Assembly (NCBI GenBank): GCA_964411675.1
Contig: CAYPLR010000005.1
Span: 1 to 62,397, forward strand
Length of the DNA: 62,397 nt
Direction: 5' to 3'
Source of the DNA: an uncultured Bacteroidales bacterium
GTDB taxonomy: Bacteria > Bacillota_I > Bacilli_A > ML615J-28 > CAG-698
In this document: positions 9,537 to 19,119 of the stretch, piece by piece
Numbering within the stretch: position 1 is the first letter of the stretch
How the letters are laid out: each line of letters begins with the position of its first letter
Notes under the pieces: model-generated
The model's database searches: none
Seen by the model: the letters and a program-made list of their open reading frames with translations, nothing else
Told to the model about the DNA's origin: nothing
Translations under genes and position numbers: made by a program

Positions 9537-10400
9537 ATGAGCAAAATAGCAATAATCTCAGATGTGAATGCTGGACTAGATTATATAGGTTATGATCCTG
9601 AAATTCCTGTTTTAAGGTCCATCATCAATTTTGGTGATGAGCATTATATCGATGGAATAGCTATCAAGGCAGATGAATTTTATGCTAGATTAAAAGCAAA
9701 CGATTCTGTGATCCCTTCGACAAGCGCTCCAACGGTTGGAGAAGCGATGGAATTATTAGAAAAATTAATTGATGAAAAATACACAGATGTTATTATGTAC
9801 TCAATTTCTTATCAATTAAGCTCTATTGGTCAAATGGTCGAAACACTACGCGAAGAATATGAAGATAAAATAAAGATTCATGTGGTAGATACAAAAACTG
9901 CAACATATTTACAAGGGTATTTAGCTGTCACAGCAAAAGAAATGACAAAGCAAGGAAAATCTGTACAAGAAATATTAGATTATTCACAATACCTAATTGA
10001 TAATATGCATGCGTACTTTGTAGTTGATAATTTAACTTATTTAGTTAAAAATGGTCGATTAAGTGGTGCAGCAGGATTTGTTGGAAACATGCTTAAGATT
10101 AAACCTATTTTAGAAATGAATAAACAGGGTAAAATTGTAAGTAAAGAAAAAGTAAAAACACATCGCAAGGCTGTTGAACGAGCATTAGAAATGTTTTTAG
10201 AAGAAATAAAAGACGCTAAAAAAGTTAAGATTTTTGTTTTTCACACTCTTAGGGAAGATGATGCAAAAGAAATTGTAAAGTATTTGAAAGAAAGTTGTCC
10301 AAATGCCTTACCAATTGAAATACATATGGTAACCCCAGCAGTTGGAGCTCACATTGGTTGTGGAATTTTAGGATTTGGATATTTTATATTAGAAAGATAA
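9537..10400 (+). CDS. DegV-family fatty-acid-binding protein
   Basis: PSTSAP, ISYQLSS, VVDTK, YLVKNGRLS, KPIL, AVGAHIG motifs. Confidence 0.9.
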   Translation: MSKIAIISDVNAGLDYIGYDPEIPVLRSIINFGDEHYIDGIAIKADEFYARLKANDSVIPSTSAPTVGEAMELLEKLIDEKYTDVIMYSISYQLSSIGQMVETLREEYEDKIKIHVVDTKTATYLQGYLAVTAKEMTKQGKSVQEILDYSQYLIDNMHAYFVVDNLTYLVKNGRLSGAAGFVGNMLKIKPILEMNKQGKIVSKEKVKTHRKAVERALEMFLEEIKDAKKVKIFVFHTLREDDAKEIVKYLKESCPNALPIEIHMVTPAVGAHIGCGILGFGYFILER

Positions 10401-10422
10401 AAAATAATAAAGGAGAATAAAT

Positions 10423-11289
10423 ATGGCATTAGTAAACATGAAAAAAATGCTTGAAAAAGCAAAAACAGAAAAATACGCTGTTGGTCAATTCAACATTAAT
10501 AATCTTGAATGGACAAAAACTATTTTAACTGTTTCAGAAGAAATGAATTCACCAGTAATTTTGGGTGTATCAGAAGGTGCAGCACGTTACATGGGTGGAT
10601 TTAACACGGTTGTTGGTATGGTAAAAGGATTAATGAAGGATTTAGGAACCACAGTAGATGTAGCAATTCATCTAGATCATGGATCTTCTTTCGAAAATTG
10701 TAAGAAAGCAATCGATGCTGGATTTACATCAGTAATGATTGATGGATCACATCATCCATTAGACGAAAACATCGCAATGACAAAAGAAGTAGTTGATTAT
10801 GCTCACGCCAAAAAAGTTAGCGTTGAAGCAGAATTAGGTACTGTTGGCGGTCAAGAAGACGATGTTATCGGTAAAGGTATTCAATATGCTAATGTAAATG
10901 AATGTGTTCGTTTAGTAAAAGAAGCAGAAATCGATGCATTAGCACCAGCTCTAGGAAGCGTTCATGGCCCATATAAAGGGGAACCAAAACTAGGTTTTAA
11001 AGAAATGTTAGAAATCAAAGAAGCAACAAATAAACCACTTGTATTACATGGTGGAACAGGAATTCCCGATGAAATGATTAAAAATGCGATTAGTCGTGGA
11101 ACTTGTAAAATCAATGTTAATACAGAATGTCAATTGGCATTTGCTCGTGAATTAAGAAAATTATTAGGAAATCCTGAATTTGTTGAATATGATCCAAGAA
11201 AAATTCTTGGCCCAGCAGCAAAAGGAATTGCAGCCGCTGTGAAAGAAAAAATTAGTGTGTTTGGATCTGCTGGTAAAGCTGAGAAATAA
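10423..11289 (+). CDS. fba: Class II fructose-bisphosphate aldolase
   Basis: HLDHG, VMIDGSH, VEAELG, GSVHG, VLHGGTG, KINVNT, YDPRK. Confidence 0.96.
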   Translation: MALVNMKKMLEKAKTEKYAVGQFNINNLEWTKTILTVSEEMNSPVILGVSEGAARYMGGFNTVVGMVKGLMKDLGTTVDVAIHLDHGSSFENCKKAIDAGFTSVMIDGSHHPLDENIAMTKEVVDYAHAKKVSVEAELGTVGGQEDDVIGKGIQYANVNECVRLVKEAEIDALAPALGSVHGPYKGEPKLGFKEMLEIKEATNKPLVLHGGTGIPDEMIKNAISRGTCKINVNTECQLAFARELRKLLGNPEFVEYDPRKILGPAAKGIAAAVKEKISVFGSAGKAEK

Positions 11290-11296
11290 AACTTAT

Positions 11297-11320
11297 GGTA
11301 GATTAACATCTACCTTTTTT
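11297..11320 (+). terminator. Intrinsic terminator after fba
   Basis: GGTAGAT-TAAC-ATCTACC then TTTTTT. Confidence 0.8.
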
Positions 11321-11345
11321 ATAAGGATATAGATGATACTAAAAG

Positions 11346-11927
11346 ATGGTGAAAAACGTGACAAAATGTTTAGTGTGTAATGAAGAAGTAAAAGGAACAA
11401 AAGTTTGCTTTCACTGTGGGAATAGTAATCTAGCTGTTTTTGAAAAAAATAAGGTGCACTATAAAGGACAACAATATTCACAGAGAAAGTGGTACTTATT
11501 TTTAACACCTCGTCCAATCAAAGGAAAAGAACAAATCATTACAAAGCATAAAGAAGAAAAAATATCATATGACTATCTTTGTGATGTTTTTGTGAGAAAT
11601 TGCCAGAAACACACTTTTTTGGGGTTAATTTTACCGTCTGCTTTATTTTTGGTTATGGCTTGTGTTAGTATTGTAATAGCAATAATCGGATTAAATAGGG
11701 CTAATTTTATAATGGAAGGATCAAAAGAAAATGTGGAATATTTTCTTTATTTCTTAGGGACTTTGTATTTCTTGTTTTTTGTAGTAAATTTTTATCTGTG
11801 GGCTATCAAAAAACAAAAGTGCTACCTTACTAAGAGTAAGAATCAAACAAGATATATCCATATAACAAAAGAAAAATATAGTGAAATCATAGAGGATTTT
11901 AAATCTCTAAGAGATAAGAAGGAATAA
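11346..11927 (+). CDS. Hypothetical membrane protein with N-terminal zinc-ribbon-like CxxC pairs
   Basis: CLVC...CFHC then two hydrophobic segments; product unknown. Confidence 0.6.
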   Translation: MVKNVTKCLVCNEEVKGTKVCFHCGNSNLAVFEKNKVHYKGQQYSQRKWYLFLTPRPIKGKEQIITKHKEEKISYDYLCDVFVRNCQKHTFLGLILPSALFLVMACVSIVIAIIGLNRANFIMEGSKENVEYFLYFLGTLYFLFFVVNFYLWAIKKQKCYLTKSKNQTRYIHITKEKYSEIIEDFKSLRDKKE

Positions 11928-11939
11928 GGAGAAATTTAA

Positions 11940-12422
11940 ATGAAAAAAATAATACTATTTATCATAGCAGCAATCAGTTTATTTACATTGATTGGTTGTG
12001 GGTATGAAACGGATATGTCAACAATTAAGAATTTAACTCAACAAGATATATTCGAACAAAAAGAAGAAAAATATTTTATTTTCTTTTATCTTGATGGTTG
12101 TACTGGTTGTGAAGAAACAAAACCATACATCATTAATTATTACAATCTTGTAAAGGGAGATGAGAGTAAACGTCAAATTTACGGAGTTAACCTGAGCAAT
12201 CCTAAAAACAAACAAATATATAAAAAATATACTGGTACTGAAGGACAAGGAACCGATGGTAACTTTTATGTAGATGGAGTTAAGAATTGGGAAGAATTAA
12301 AAATAGGAACAACACCATCCATCATTTCTATTTATAAAGATAAAGATGGTGTAAAAACAGCAAACTATGTAGCCCAAGGAAAAGATGCAATAATCGTTGC
12401 TTTAGAAAAACAATTAAGTTAA
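11940..12422 (+). CDS. Thioredoxin-fold lipoprotein
   Basis: Lipobox TLIGC, YFIFFYLDGCTGC active site, TTPSII cis-Pro motif; SD AAGGAG. Confidence 0.75.
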   Translation: MKKIILFIIAAISLFTLIGCGYETDMSTIKNLTQQDIFEQKEEKYFIFFYLDGCTGCEETKPYIINYYNLVKGDESKRQIYGVNLSNPKNKQIYKKYTGTEGQGTDGNFYVDGVKNWEELKIGTTPSIISIYKDKDGVKTANYVAQGKDAIIVALEKQLS

Positions 12423-12455
12423 AAAAAGATCAAGACTAATCATCTTGATCTTTTT
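12421..12455. terminator. Bidirectional terminator
   Basis: AAAAAGATCAAGA-7 nt-TCTTGATCTTTTT between convergent genes. Confidence 0.85.
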
Positions 12456-12456
12456 A

Positions 12457-13764
12457 CTATTTCATTAAACTTTCAAAAAATGTTGTAATTGTGGTTGTTG
12501 TAAGATTACCATAAAGAGCGATTACAACGCCATCCTTAATATGTAATACGCGTGGAACTTTATATAGTGAAAGCACATCTGAACTTGAAACACCCATTGC
12601 GACTTCTTCTCCAGGGCTATTTTTGTCGAAATTTTCATTCATGCTACGATGAACTGCATATATTGGCGTAGAAGAAGGATGAAGTTTAGTATATCGATCG
12701 TACTGAATTAAAAGAGGTTTTACAGCGTTACATCCTGGACAACCAGTTCTTAGAAAGAAGACGAAGTACTCAGAATCGGAAACATTAAAGATATCATCCC
12801 ATAATAAATAGTTAAATGAACCAGAAATTTTAACATCCACTAGTTTAGAGTCACCTAAATCGTTAAAAATTGTTAGAGAATAACGACCAGGTAAGTAGAC
12901 ACTAAAGAAATCAGCACCAAATGTAAAAGCATTAGATCCTTCAACATAATGAGAGCCAGAACGAAAACTCTTATCGATATCATTACCGACCAATGTGAAG
13001 TTAGTAGGAACAAAATCAATAGCTACAGAGAAAGCTTTTGGATCTTCAATAACAAAATTGATTACATCGATGCTCTTAATTCTTTCTATTTCCTGATTGA
13101 ATACTTCTGCAATAGGAGTAGGACCTGTGTAATATGAGGTAATTACGTTGTTTTCAACAATCAATAAGGTAGGTGTGAATATTTTTGCTTGTTTAAGTAA
13201 ATCTTCATAGTTATCTATACCGGTTAAATCTTCGTTTTCTCCTGTTGAGGAAACGCCTCCCTCAACAACATAAAAATTATGTTTGTAAAGGGAATCATAG
13301 GAAAGAATGAAATCATTATATTTGTAAGAATCAGGTTTTAAAGCTTCACAGCCAGTGCAACCTTCTCTAGTAAGTAAAACATAGAAGAAATCATCCTCTT
13401 GGGTGAAAATTTGGTCTTTCGTTATATAATTGAACGTTTTATTATAACCAACAATAGAAATTTTATAGTTATAAAATTCGTTTTCACTATAAGCTAATTT
13501 TAGTACGTAATCCCCAGGAGATAAATTCATAAATAAGTCGGAAGGAAGGATGACTTCTTTTTCTTTTTGATAAAGAGCTAGATTAGACCATTCTTTATAA
13601 AAATCTTCTCCTGTAATATTCATGAAATTAACTTCTTTTTTTGGATGTAAAACAATTTCCGTAGGGTTATCTTTGTCAAATAGGTAGTTGTTTTCTTTGT
13701 TATCACAACCAATACCCATAGTTGTAATCAGTAATAACAATAATATAATAATATATTTTTTCAT
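12457..13764 (-). CDS. Lipoprotein with duplicated [X2/Ig-like + thioredoxin-fold] modules
   Basis: Lipobox GIGC; two Trx motifs (REGCTGC...TPT; RTGCPGC...VPR), each preceded by a beta-rich ~80-aa domain ending PG(D/R)YxL. Confidence 0.7.
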   Translation of the reverse strand: MKKYIIILLLLLITTMGIGCDNKENNYLFDKDNPTEIVLHPKKEVNFMNITGEDFYKEWSNLALYQKEKEVILPSDLFMNLSPGDYVLKLAYSENEFYNYKISIVGYNKTFNYITKDQIFTQEDDFFYVLLTREGCTGCEALKPDSYKYNDFILSYDSLYKHNFYVVEGGVSSTGENEDLTGIDNYEDLLKQAKIFTPTLLIVENNVITSYYTGPTPIAEVFNQEIERIKSIDVINFVIEDPKAFSVAIDFVPTNFTLVGNDIDKSFRSGSHYVEGSNAFTFGADFFSVYLPGRYSLTIFNDLGDSKLVDVKISGSFNYLLWDDIFNVSDSEYFVFFLRTGCPGCNAVKPLLIQYDRYTKLHPSSTPIYAVHRSMNENFDKNSPGEEVAMGVSSSDVLSLYKVPRVLHIKDGVVIALYGNLTTTTITTFFESLMK

Positions 13765-13779
13765 TTTTTTTACCTCGAA

Positions 13780-14151
13780 TTAGATTTTTGCTATAAACTC
13801 GATTTCAATTAACGAGTCTTTCGGTAATCTTGAAACTTCAATGGTTGATCTTGCGGGTCGATGTTCACCAAAATACTCAGCATAGATTTCATTTACGATA
13901 GAAAAATTACTGATATCTGATAAAAAGATGGTTGTTTTAACAATCGCATTTTTATGACATTTACTTGCTTCAAGAATAGCGGTGATATTTGATAATATTT
14001 GTTTTGTCTGCTCAACAATACCCTCTTTCATGAATCCTGTTTGTGGATCTATTGGTAATTGTCCTGATCCAAAAATAAAATTGTCAATCTTGATTGCTTG
14101 TGAATAGGGCCCAATAGCTGCTGGAGCTTTTGTTGTTTTAATAAAATCCAT
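13780..14151 (-). CDS. ridA: RidA/YjgF-family deaminase
   Basis: APAAIGPYSQA, SGQLPIDP, KTTIFL, PARSTIEVSRLP...IEIE. Confidence 0.93.
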   Translation of the reverse strand: MDFIKTTKAPAAIGPYSQAIKIDNFIFGSGQLPIDPQTGFMKEGIVEQTKQILSNITAILEASKCHKNAIVKTTIFLSDISNFSIVNEIYAEYFGEHRPARSTIEVSRLPKDSLIEIEFIAKI

Positions 14152-14335
14152 AGAAACCTCCTAATAAATGCTTTTAACATTATACCACAATATAACAAAT
14201 AGATGTGTGAAATTTGCAAAAAAAATAACTTATTCTTAACAATTAAGCATTTGTATGTTATAATAGCAAATGATAATGACAAATAATAATTATTTTGAAA
14301 GGAGAAACTCAAATAAATATTGAGTTAAAATATCT

Positions 14336-15682
14336 ATGAAGAAAAAAGCATTTTTACTATTGCTCTTTTTAGCTGTATTCTTGACAGGATGCGCTAATAC
14401 TGAAACGAAAGACGTTTTCCGTTTTGAAGCACATGAGGTAGACCTAATTGTAGGCGAGACTAGAGAAATAAAAGTAATCCTAGGAAGTGTCAATGCAAAA
14501 GAAGAAATTGTTTATGTAGTTGGTAATTCTTCTATTATTGCTTATGAGGAAAATATACTTACTGCTTTGTCTGAAGGAACAACTAAATTAACGGCTTATG
14601 TAAAAAGCGAACCATTAACAAGAGCTGTTGTTAATATAACTGTAGGAAAAGAACCTCTTTCATCGTTAAAAATTAATGGAGTCGATTCAATATTAATAGG
14701 AGAAGAGGTTACATTCACTACACAAGTAACACCAAATCAGCTTGAAAACAATGTTATTTGGAAATCATCAGATACTACAGTAGCAACTATCGATGCTAAC
14801 GGAAAATTAACAGGAAACAAAGCGGGAAGTATTACTATTTCTGCTACTTCTGAATACGATAGATCAATCGTGGCAATTAAAACGGTTGAAGTTAAATATC
14901 ATGATGCAAATGATATAGACATCGCATTCACTAGTGGGAAAGCAACCATGATACTTTCTGAAACAGCGAAAGTAAAAGCAACGATTTCACCAGCACTAGC
15001 AAATCCTAACTATACATGGACTACAAGTGATGCAAAAATAGTTAGTGTGGATGGTGATGGTAATTTAACGGCTATTGCTGTTGGAACTGCAAAAATTACA
15101 GCAACAAGTGCAGATGGATTAGTAAGCGATACCGTTGATATTGAGGTAACTTGGGCTGAAGCTACAGGATTAACAGTGAAAGAAAGTACTACTGATATCT
15201 ATGTTAATGATACATTCAAAATTGAAACAACAGTAGAACCAACTAACGCTAATCAAGAAGTTCAAATTTCTTTCAATAATGAACTATTAGCAAAATTAGA
15301 TAAAGATACCATTACTTTTCTTGCAGATGGAACATTAGAAGTTACGATTAAAACTGCTGATGGAAAAGTAGAAAAGAAATTAACAATTGTTATTAAACCG
15401 ATTCCAGCACCAACAGATATAGAATTTAAAACTACTGATGGAGAAACTACGTTTGATGAAAAGCAAAGCAATATCGCTTTAACAATCGAAGTCAAACCAG
15501 AGCATGCTCTTCAAGAATTCGAAATTACAAGTAGTGATGAGAATGTAGCAACAGTAACCATGAAAGGTGAAAATTACGTTTTAAATACAAAGAATCCTGG
15601 AACAGCAACCATAACAGTTACATCTAAGGTTAACCCAGAATTAAAGAAAAGTATAACAATTACGGTTAATGCTATCGAATAA
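14336..15682 (+). CDS. Lipoprotein with tandem Ig-like (Big_2) domains
   Basis: Lipobox LTGC; repeated WKSSDTTVATIDANG / WTTSDAKIVSVDGDG / ITSSDENVATV...GTATITVT units; no catalytic domain seen. Confidence 0.85.
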   Translation: MKKKAFLLLLFLAVFLTGCANTETKDVFRFEAHEVDLIVGETREIKVILGSVNAKEEIVYVVGNSSIIAYEENILTALSEGTTKLTAYVKSEPLTRAVVNITVGKEPLSSLKINGVDSILIGEEVTFTTQVTPNQLENNVIWKSSDTTVATIDANGKLTGNKAGSITISATSEYDRSIVAIKTVEVKYHDANDIDIAFTSGKATMILSETAKVKATISPALANPNYTWTTSDAKIVSVDGDGNLTAIAVGTAKITATSADGLVSDTVDIEVTWAEATGLTVKESTTDIYVNDTFKIETTVEPTNANQEVQISFNNELLAKLDKDTITFLADGTLEVTIKTADGKVEKKLTIVIKPIPAPTDIEFKTTDGETTFDEKQSNIALTIEVKPEHALQEFEITSSDENVATVTMKGENYVLNTKNPGTATITVTSKVNPELKKSITITVNAIE

Positions 15683-15690
15683 AGAAACGA

Positions 15691-15718
15691 AGACACCAGC
15701 TAAAAAACTGGTGTTTTT
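15691..15718 (+). terminator. Intrinsic terminator
   Basis: ACACCAG-8 nt-CTGGTGT plus TTTT. Confidence 0.65.
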
Positions 15719-15769
15719 AAATCGGAAGTATTATTGTAATTCATTTAAGAAAGTGATAAAATAATAACG

Positions 15770-17644
15770 GTGAAAAATATGTATGATATTATAGTAATAG
15801 GTGGAGGCCATGCTGGAGTTGAAGCAGCATTAGCTAGTGCCAGATTAAAAAATAAAACATTATTAATAGTAGGCAATAAAAAAATGATTGCTAGTATGCC
15901 ATGTAATCCTTCTATTGGTGGACCTGCAAAAGGAATTATAGTAAGGGAAATAGATGCTTTAGGTGGTGAAATGGCAAAAGCAACAGATAAGACTTTGTTG
16001 CAAATAAAAATGCTGAATGTTTCCAAAGGACCAGCGGTAAGAGCATTAAGGGCTCAGTCAGATAAGGTTCAATATCCAAAGTACATGCAAGGTGTCGTTG
16101 ATCAACAAGAAAATTTAGAAGTAAGAGAAATTTATGTTGAAAAACTACTCGTTACTAATAATGAAGTAGTAGGAGTAGAATTAGAAAATAAAGAACAAAT
16201 AAAGGCAAAAATTGTAATCATTGCGAGTGGTACGTATCTTGATTCTAGAGTTCTAGTTGGTTATAAATTTTGGCAAAGCGGCCCAGACAATCAAAGAACT
16301 ACATCCAAGTTGTCACAAAGTTTGAAGGAAATGGGACTAAAATTAATTCGACTTAAAACAGGAACGCCACCGCGTATTAAAAAGAACACCATAGACTTTT
16401 CTAAAACAGTGGAACAACCTGGTGATAATACACCACTACGTTTTAGTGAGACGACAAAATTTGAAGAGATTAGACCAATTGAGCAACAAGAAAAATGTTA
16501 TTTAACCTACACAACAGAAGAAACGCATAGAATCATTAACGATAATTTAACATTATCAAGTATGTATGGTGGAGTAATACAGGGCGTTGGTCCAAGATAT
16601 TGTCCATCAATCGAAGCGAAAGTTGTTCGTTTTTCTGATAAGAATAGACATCAAATTTTTCTTGAACCTGAAAGTTTAGAAATTGATGAAATTTATGTTC
16701 AAGGATTCTCAACAAGCTTTCCTCATGAACTACAAATTGAAATGATTCATACAATTCCTGGATTAGAAAAGGCAGAAATTGCAAAATATGCCTATGCGAT
16801 TGAGTATGACGCCATAGATCCATTACAATTAAAAGCAACTTTGGAGTCAAAATTAATCAACAATTTATTTTTTGCTGGTCAAGTAAATGGAACAAGCGGT
16901 TATGAAGAAGCCGCTTGCCAAGGATTAATGGCTGGAATTAATGCAAGTTTAAAACTAGCAGGAAAAGACCCCCTGATTTTAAGAAGAGATGAAGCTTATA
17001 TTGGTGTTTTAATCGATGATATTATTACAAAAGGAGTGGAAGATCCTTATCGTCTTCTTACGTCGAGGGCAGAATTTAGATTATTATTGCGCCATGATAA
17101 CGCTGAAGAGCGCTTAATCAAACACGGATATGATATCGGTTTAATCAGTGAAGAAAGATATCAAAAATTTTTATTACAAAGACAAAAAATTGAAGAATTA
17201 AAAGGGTTATTGGAAGAGATAATAGTATATCCAAAGAACGAAATCAATGATTACTTATTAGCTAATGGTAAAGCGATAATTAATGAGAAGATAACAGGGA
17301 AAGAGTTTTTACGTCGACCAGAAATCAATTTTAATGATATTGAATTTGCTGCCAAAAAGGAAATCCCCTATTCATTTGATGTGAAAGAACAAGTGACAAT
17401 CGAAGTTAAATATGAAGGATATATTAGTAAAGAATACAAGGAAGCCAAAAAGATGGTAGCGATGGAAATGAGAAAAATTCCTGAGGGGATAGATTATAAA
17501 AAAATAACAAATCTTGCACTGGAAGCAAAAGAGAAGTTAGAAAAAGTACGACCCGCAACCATAGCCCAAGCATCACGAATTAGTGGAGTTAATCCTAGCG
17601 ACATAACCATGCTGCTTGTTTATTTGGAGGCTCATCATGAATAA
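15770..17644 (+). CDS. mnmG: tRNA uridine-5-carboxymethylaminomethyl modification enzyme MnmG (GidA)
   Basis: VIGGGHAGVEAA, MPCNPSIGGPAKG, RLKTGTPPR, GPRYCPSIE, GQVNGTSGYEEAA, YRLLTSRAEFR. Confidence 0.98.
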   Translation: MKNMYDIIVIGGGHAGVEAALASARLKNKTLLIVGNKKMIASMPCNPSIGGPAKGIIVREIDALGGEMAKATDKTLLQIKMLNVSKGPAVRALRAQSDKVQYPKYMQGVVDQQENLEVREIYVEKLLVTNNEVVGVELENKEQIKAKIVIIASGTYLDSRVLVGYKFWQSGPDNQRTTSKLSQSLKEMGLKLIRLKTGTPPRIKKNTIDFSKTVEQPGDNTPLRFSETTKFEEIRPIEQQEKCYLTYTTEETHRIINDNLTLSSMYGGVIQGVGPRYCPSIEAKVVRFSDKNRHQIFLEPESLEIDEIYVQGFSTSFPHELQIEMIHTIPGLEKAEIAKYAYAIEYDAIDPLQLKATLESKLINNLFFAGQVNGTSGYEEAACQGLMAGINASLKLAGKDPLILRRDEAYIGVLIDDIITKGVEDPYRLLTSRAEFRLLLRHDNAEERLIKHGYDIGLISEERYQKFLLQRQKIEELKGLLEEIIVYPKNEINDYLLANGKAIINEKITGKEFLRRPEINFNDIEFAAKKEIPYSFDVKEQVTIEVKYEGYISKEYKEAKKMVAMEMRKIPEGIDYKKITNLALEAKEKLEKVRPATIAQASRISGVNPSDITMLLVYLEAHHE

Positions 17645-18323
17645 TTATCTAGATAGATTCAAACTTAATGAGGAGCAAAAGCAGCAATTCGAACAATATT
17701 TTCAATTTTTAATTGCTGAAAATGAAAAGATTAACTTAACATCGATTATTGAAAAGGATGAAGTATATGGAAAGCATTTCTGTGATTCTTTATCTATAAT
17801 AGAAGCAGGGGTTACTTTAAAAAATAAAAACCTCTGTGATATAGGAAGTGGCGCAGGGTTTCCGAGCATCCCTTTAAAAATACTAGAACCAACACTTCAA
17901 ATTACTATTATTGAACCAATATTGAAAAGAATTAGGTTTTTACAACAATTATGTGATATACTAAAACTAACAGAAGTAACGATTATTAATGATCGTGCTG
18001 AAAACGCAATTAAAAATTATCGTGAAGGGTTTGATATCGTCACAGCAAGAGCTGTCGCTAATTTGCCAATCATTTTGGAATTATCCATTCCTTTTATTAG
18101 GATAGGAGGAAGTTTTATTGCTTATAAAGGGCAATCATATGTGACTGAAATAGAAGCAGCACAACGATGTTTAACAACATTAGATGTAGTTTTAAAATCA
18201 ATATACGAATATGAATTGCCAGCGGATATGGGATCACGAGCCTTACTCGAATTTACTAAGAGTAAAGCAACAAATATAAAATACCCGCGCAAATATGCTG
18301 ATATAAAAAAGAAAACACTATAG
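17637..18323 (+). CDS. rsmG: 16S rRNA m7G527 methyltransferase RsmG (GidB)
   Basis: INLTSI, HFCDS, DIGSGAGFP, VTARAVA; start moved from ORF-track 17616 to ATG 17637 (GGAGG SD, overlaps mnmG stop). Confidence 0.95.
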   Translation: MNNYLDRFKLNEEQKQQFEQYFQFLIAENEKINLTSIIEKDEVYGKHFCDSLSIIEAGVTLKNKNLCDIGSGAGFPSIPLKILEPTLQITIIEPILKRIRFLQQLCDILKLTEVTIINDRAENAIKNYREGFDIVTARAVANLPIILELSIPFIRIGGSFIAYKGQSYVTEIEAAQRCLTTLDVVLKSIYEYELPADMGSRALLEFTKSKATNIKYPRKYADIKKKTL

Positions 18324-18338
18324 TGAGGGACAATTAAT

Positions 18339-19118
18339 ATGGGAATGATTATCGCTATTGCTAACCAAAAAGGTGGGGTAGGTAAGACTACAACAGCAAT
18401 TAATCTCGGTGCAGCACTTGCTCGCGAGAAAAAAAGAACATTGTTAATTGATTTAGATGAACAAGCGAACGCAACGATTGGAATAGGCTTTCCACGAGAA
18501 AATGTTTCAATTAGTTCTTTTGAAGTACTAACTCTTGATATTGATATTAGGGAAGCAATCTGTAACACGAAAGATTCCTATTTTGATATTGTTCCTTCCT
18601 CAAATAAACTAGCAAGTATTGAAGAAACCTTATATGGATGTGAAGATAAAGAGCAAAATCTCATGAAAAAGGTAGAACCAATTAAAAGCAGTTATGATTA
18701 TATTTTGCTTGATTGTCCACCTTCATTGGGAGTTGTTATTGACAATGCTTTATTTGTCAGCGATTCTGTAATTATTCCTGTGGAGTGTGAATTCTTCGCA
18801 TATGATGCATTAACGCAAATGGTTAATAAAATTAATCAAGTGCAAAAAGCAAAAAACAAAATCAATAAATCACTAACAATTGAAGGTGTTCTATTAACGA
18901 AACTAGATAATCGTAATGTTTTTGGCTATAAAATAATGGACAAAGTAAAAGAACTTTTTCCAACAAAAACATTTAATACCATTATCAATCGTTCTAGCCA
19001 TTTACAAGAAGCACCTATGCATGGGAAAACAGTCCTAGATTTTGCTTATAATTCTCGCGGAAGTAAAGAGTACCGGGAACTAGCAAAAGAAATCATAAAA
19101 AATAGCGAGGCAAACTAG
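18339..19118 (+). CDS. parA: ParA/Soj-family ATPase
   Basis: Deviant Walker A NQKGGVGKTT, DCPPSLG, C-terminal EAPMHG...SRGSKEY; follows rsmG. Confidence 0.92.
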   Translation: MGMIIAIANQKGGVGKTTTAINLGAALAREKKRTLLIDLDEQANATIGIGFPRENVSISSFEVLTLDIDIREAICNTKDSYFDIVPSSNKLASIEETLYGCEDKEQNLMKKVEPIKSSYDYILLDCPPSLGVVIDNALFVSDSVIIPVECEFFAYDALTQMVNKINQVQKAKNKINKSLTIEGVLLTKLDNRNVFGYKIMDKVKELFPTKTFNTIINRSSHLQEAPMHGKTVLDFAYNSRGSKEYRELAKEIIKNSEAN

Positions 19119-19119
19119 T

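Noticed and set aside
11335-11348. Leaderless transcript for the zinc-ribbon gene (GATACT 5 nt before ATG)
   Set aside because: The -10 lacks the critical first T and there is no -35; read-through from fba is equally plausible
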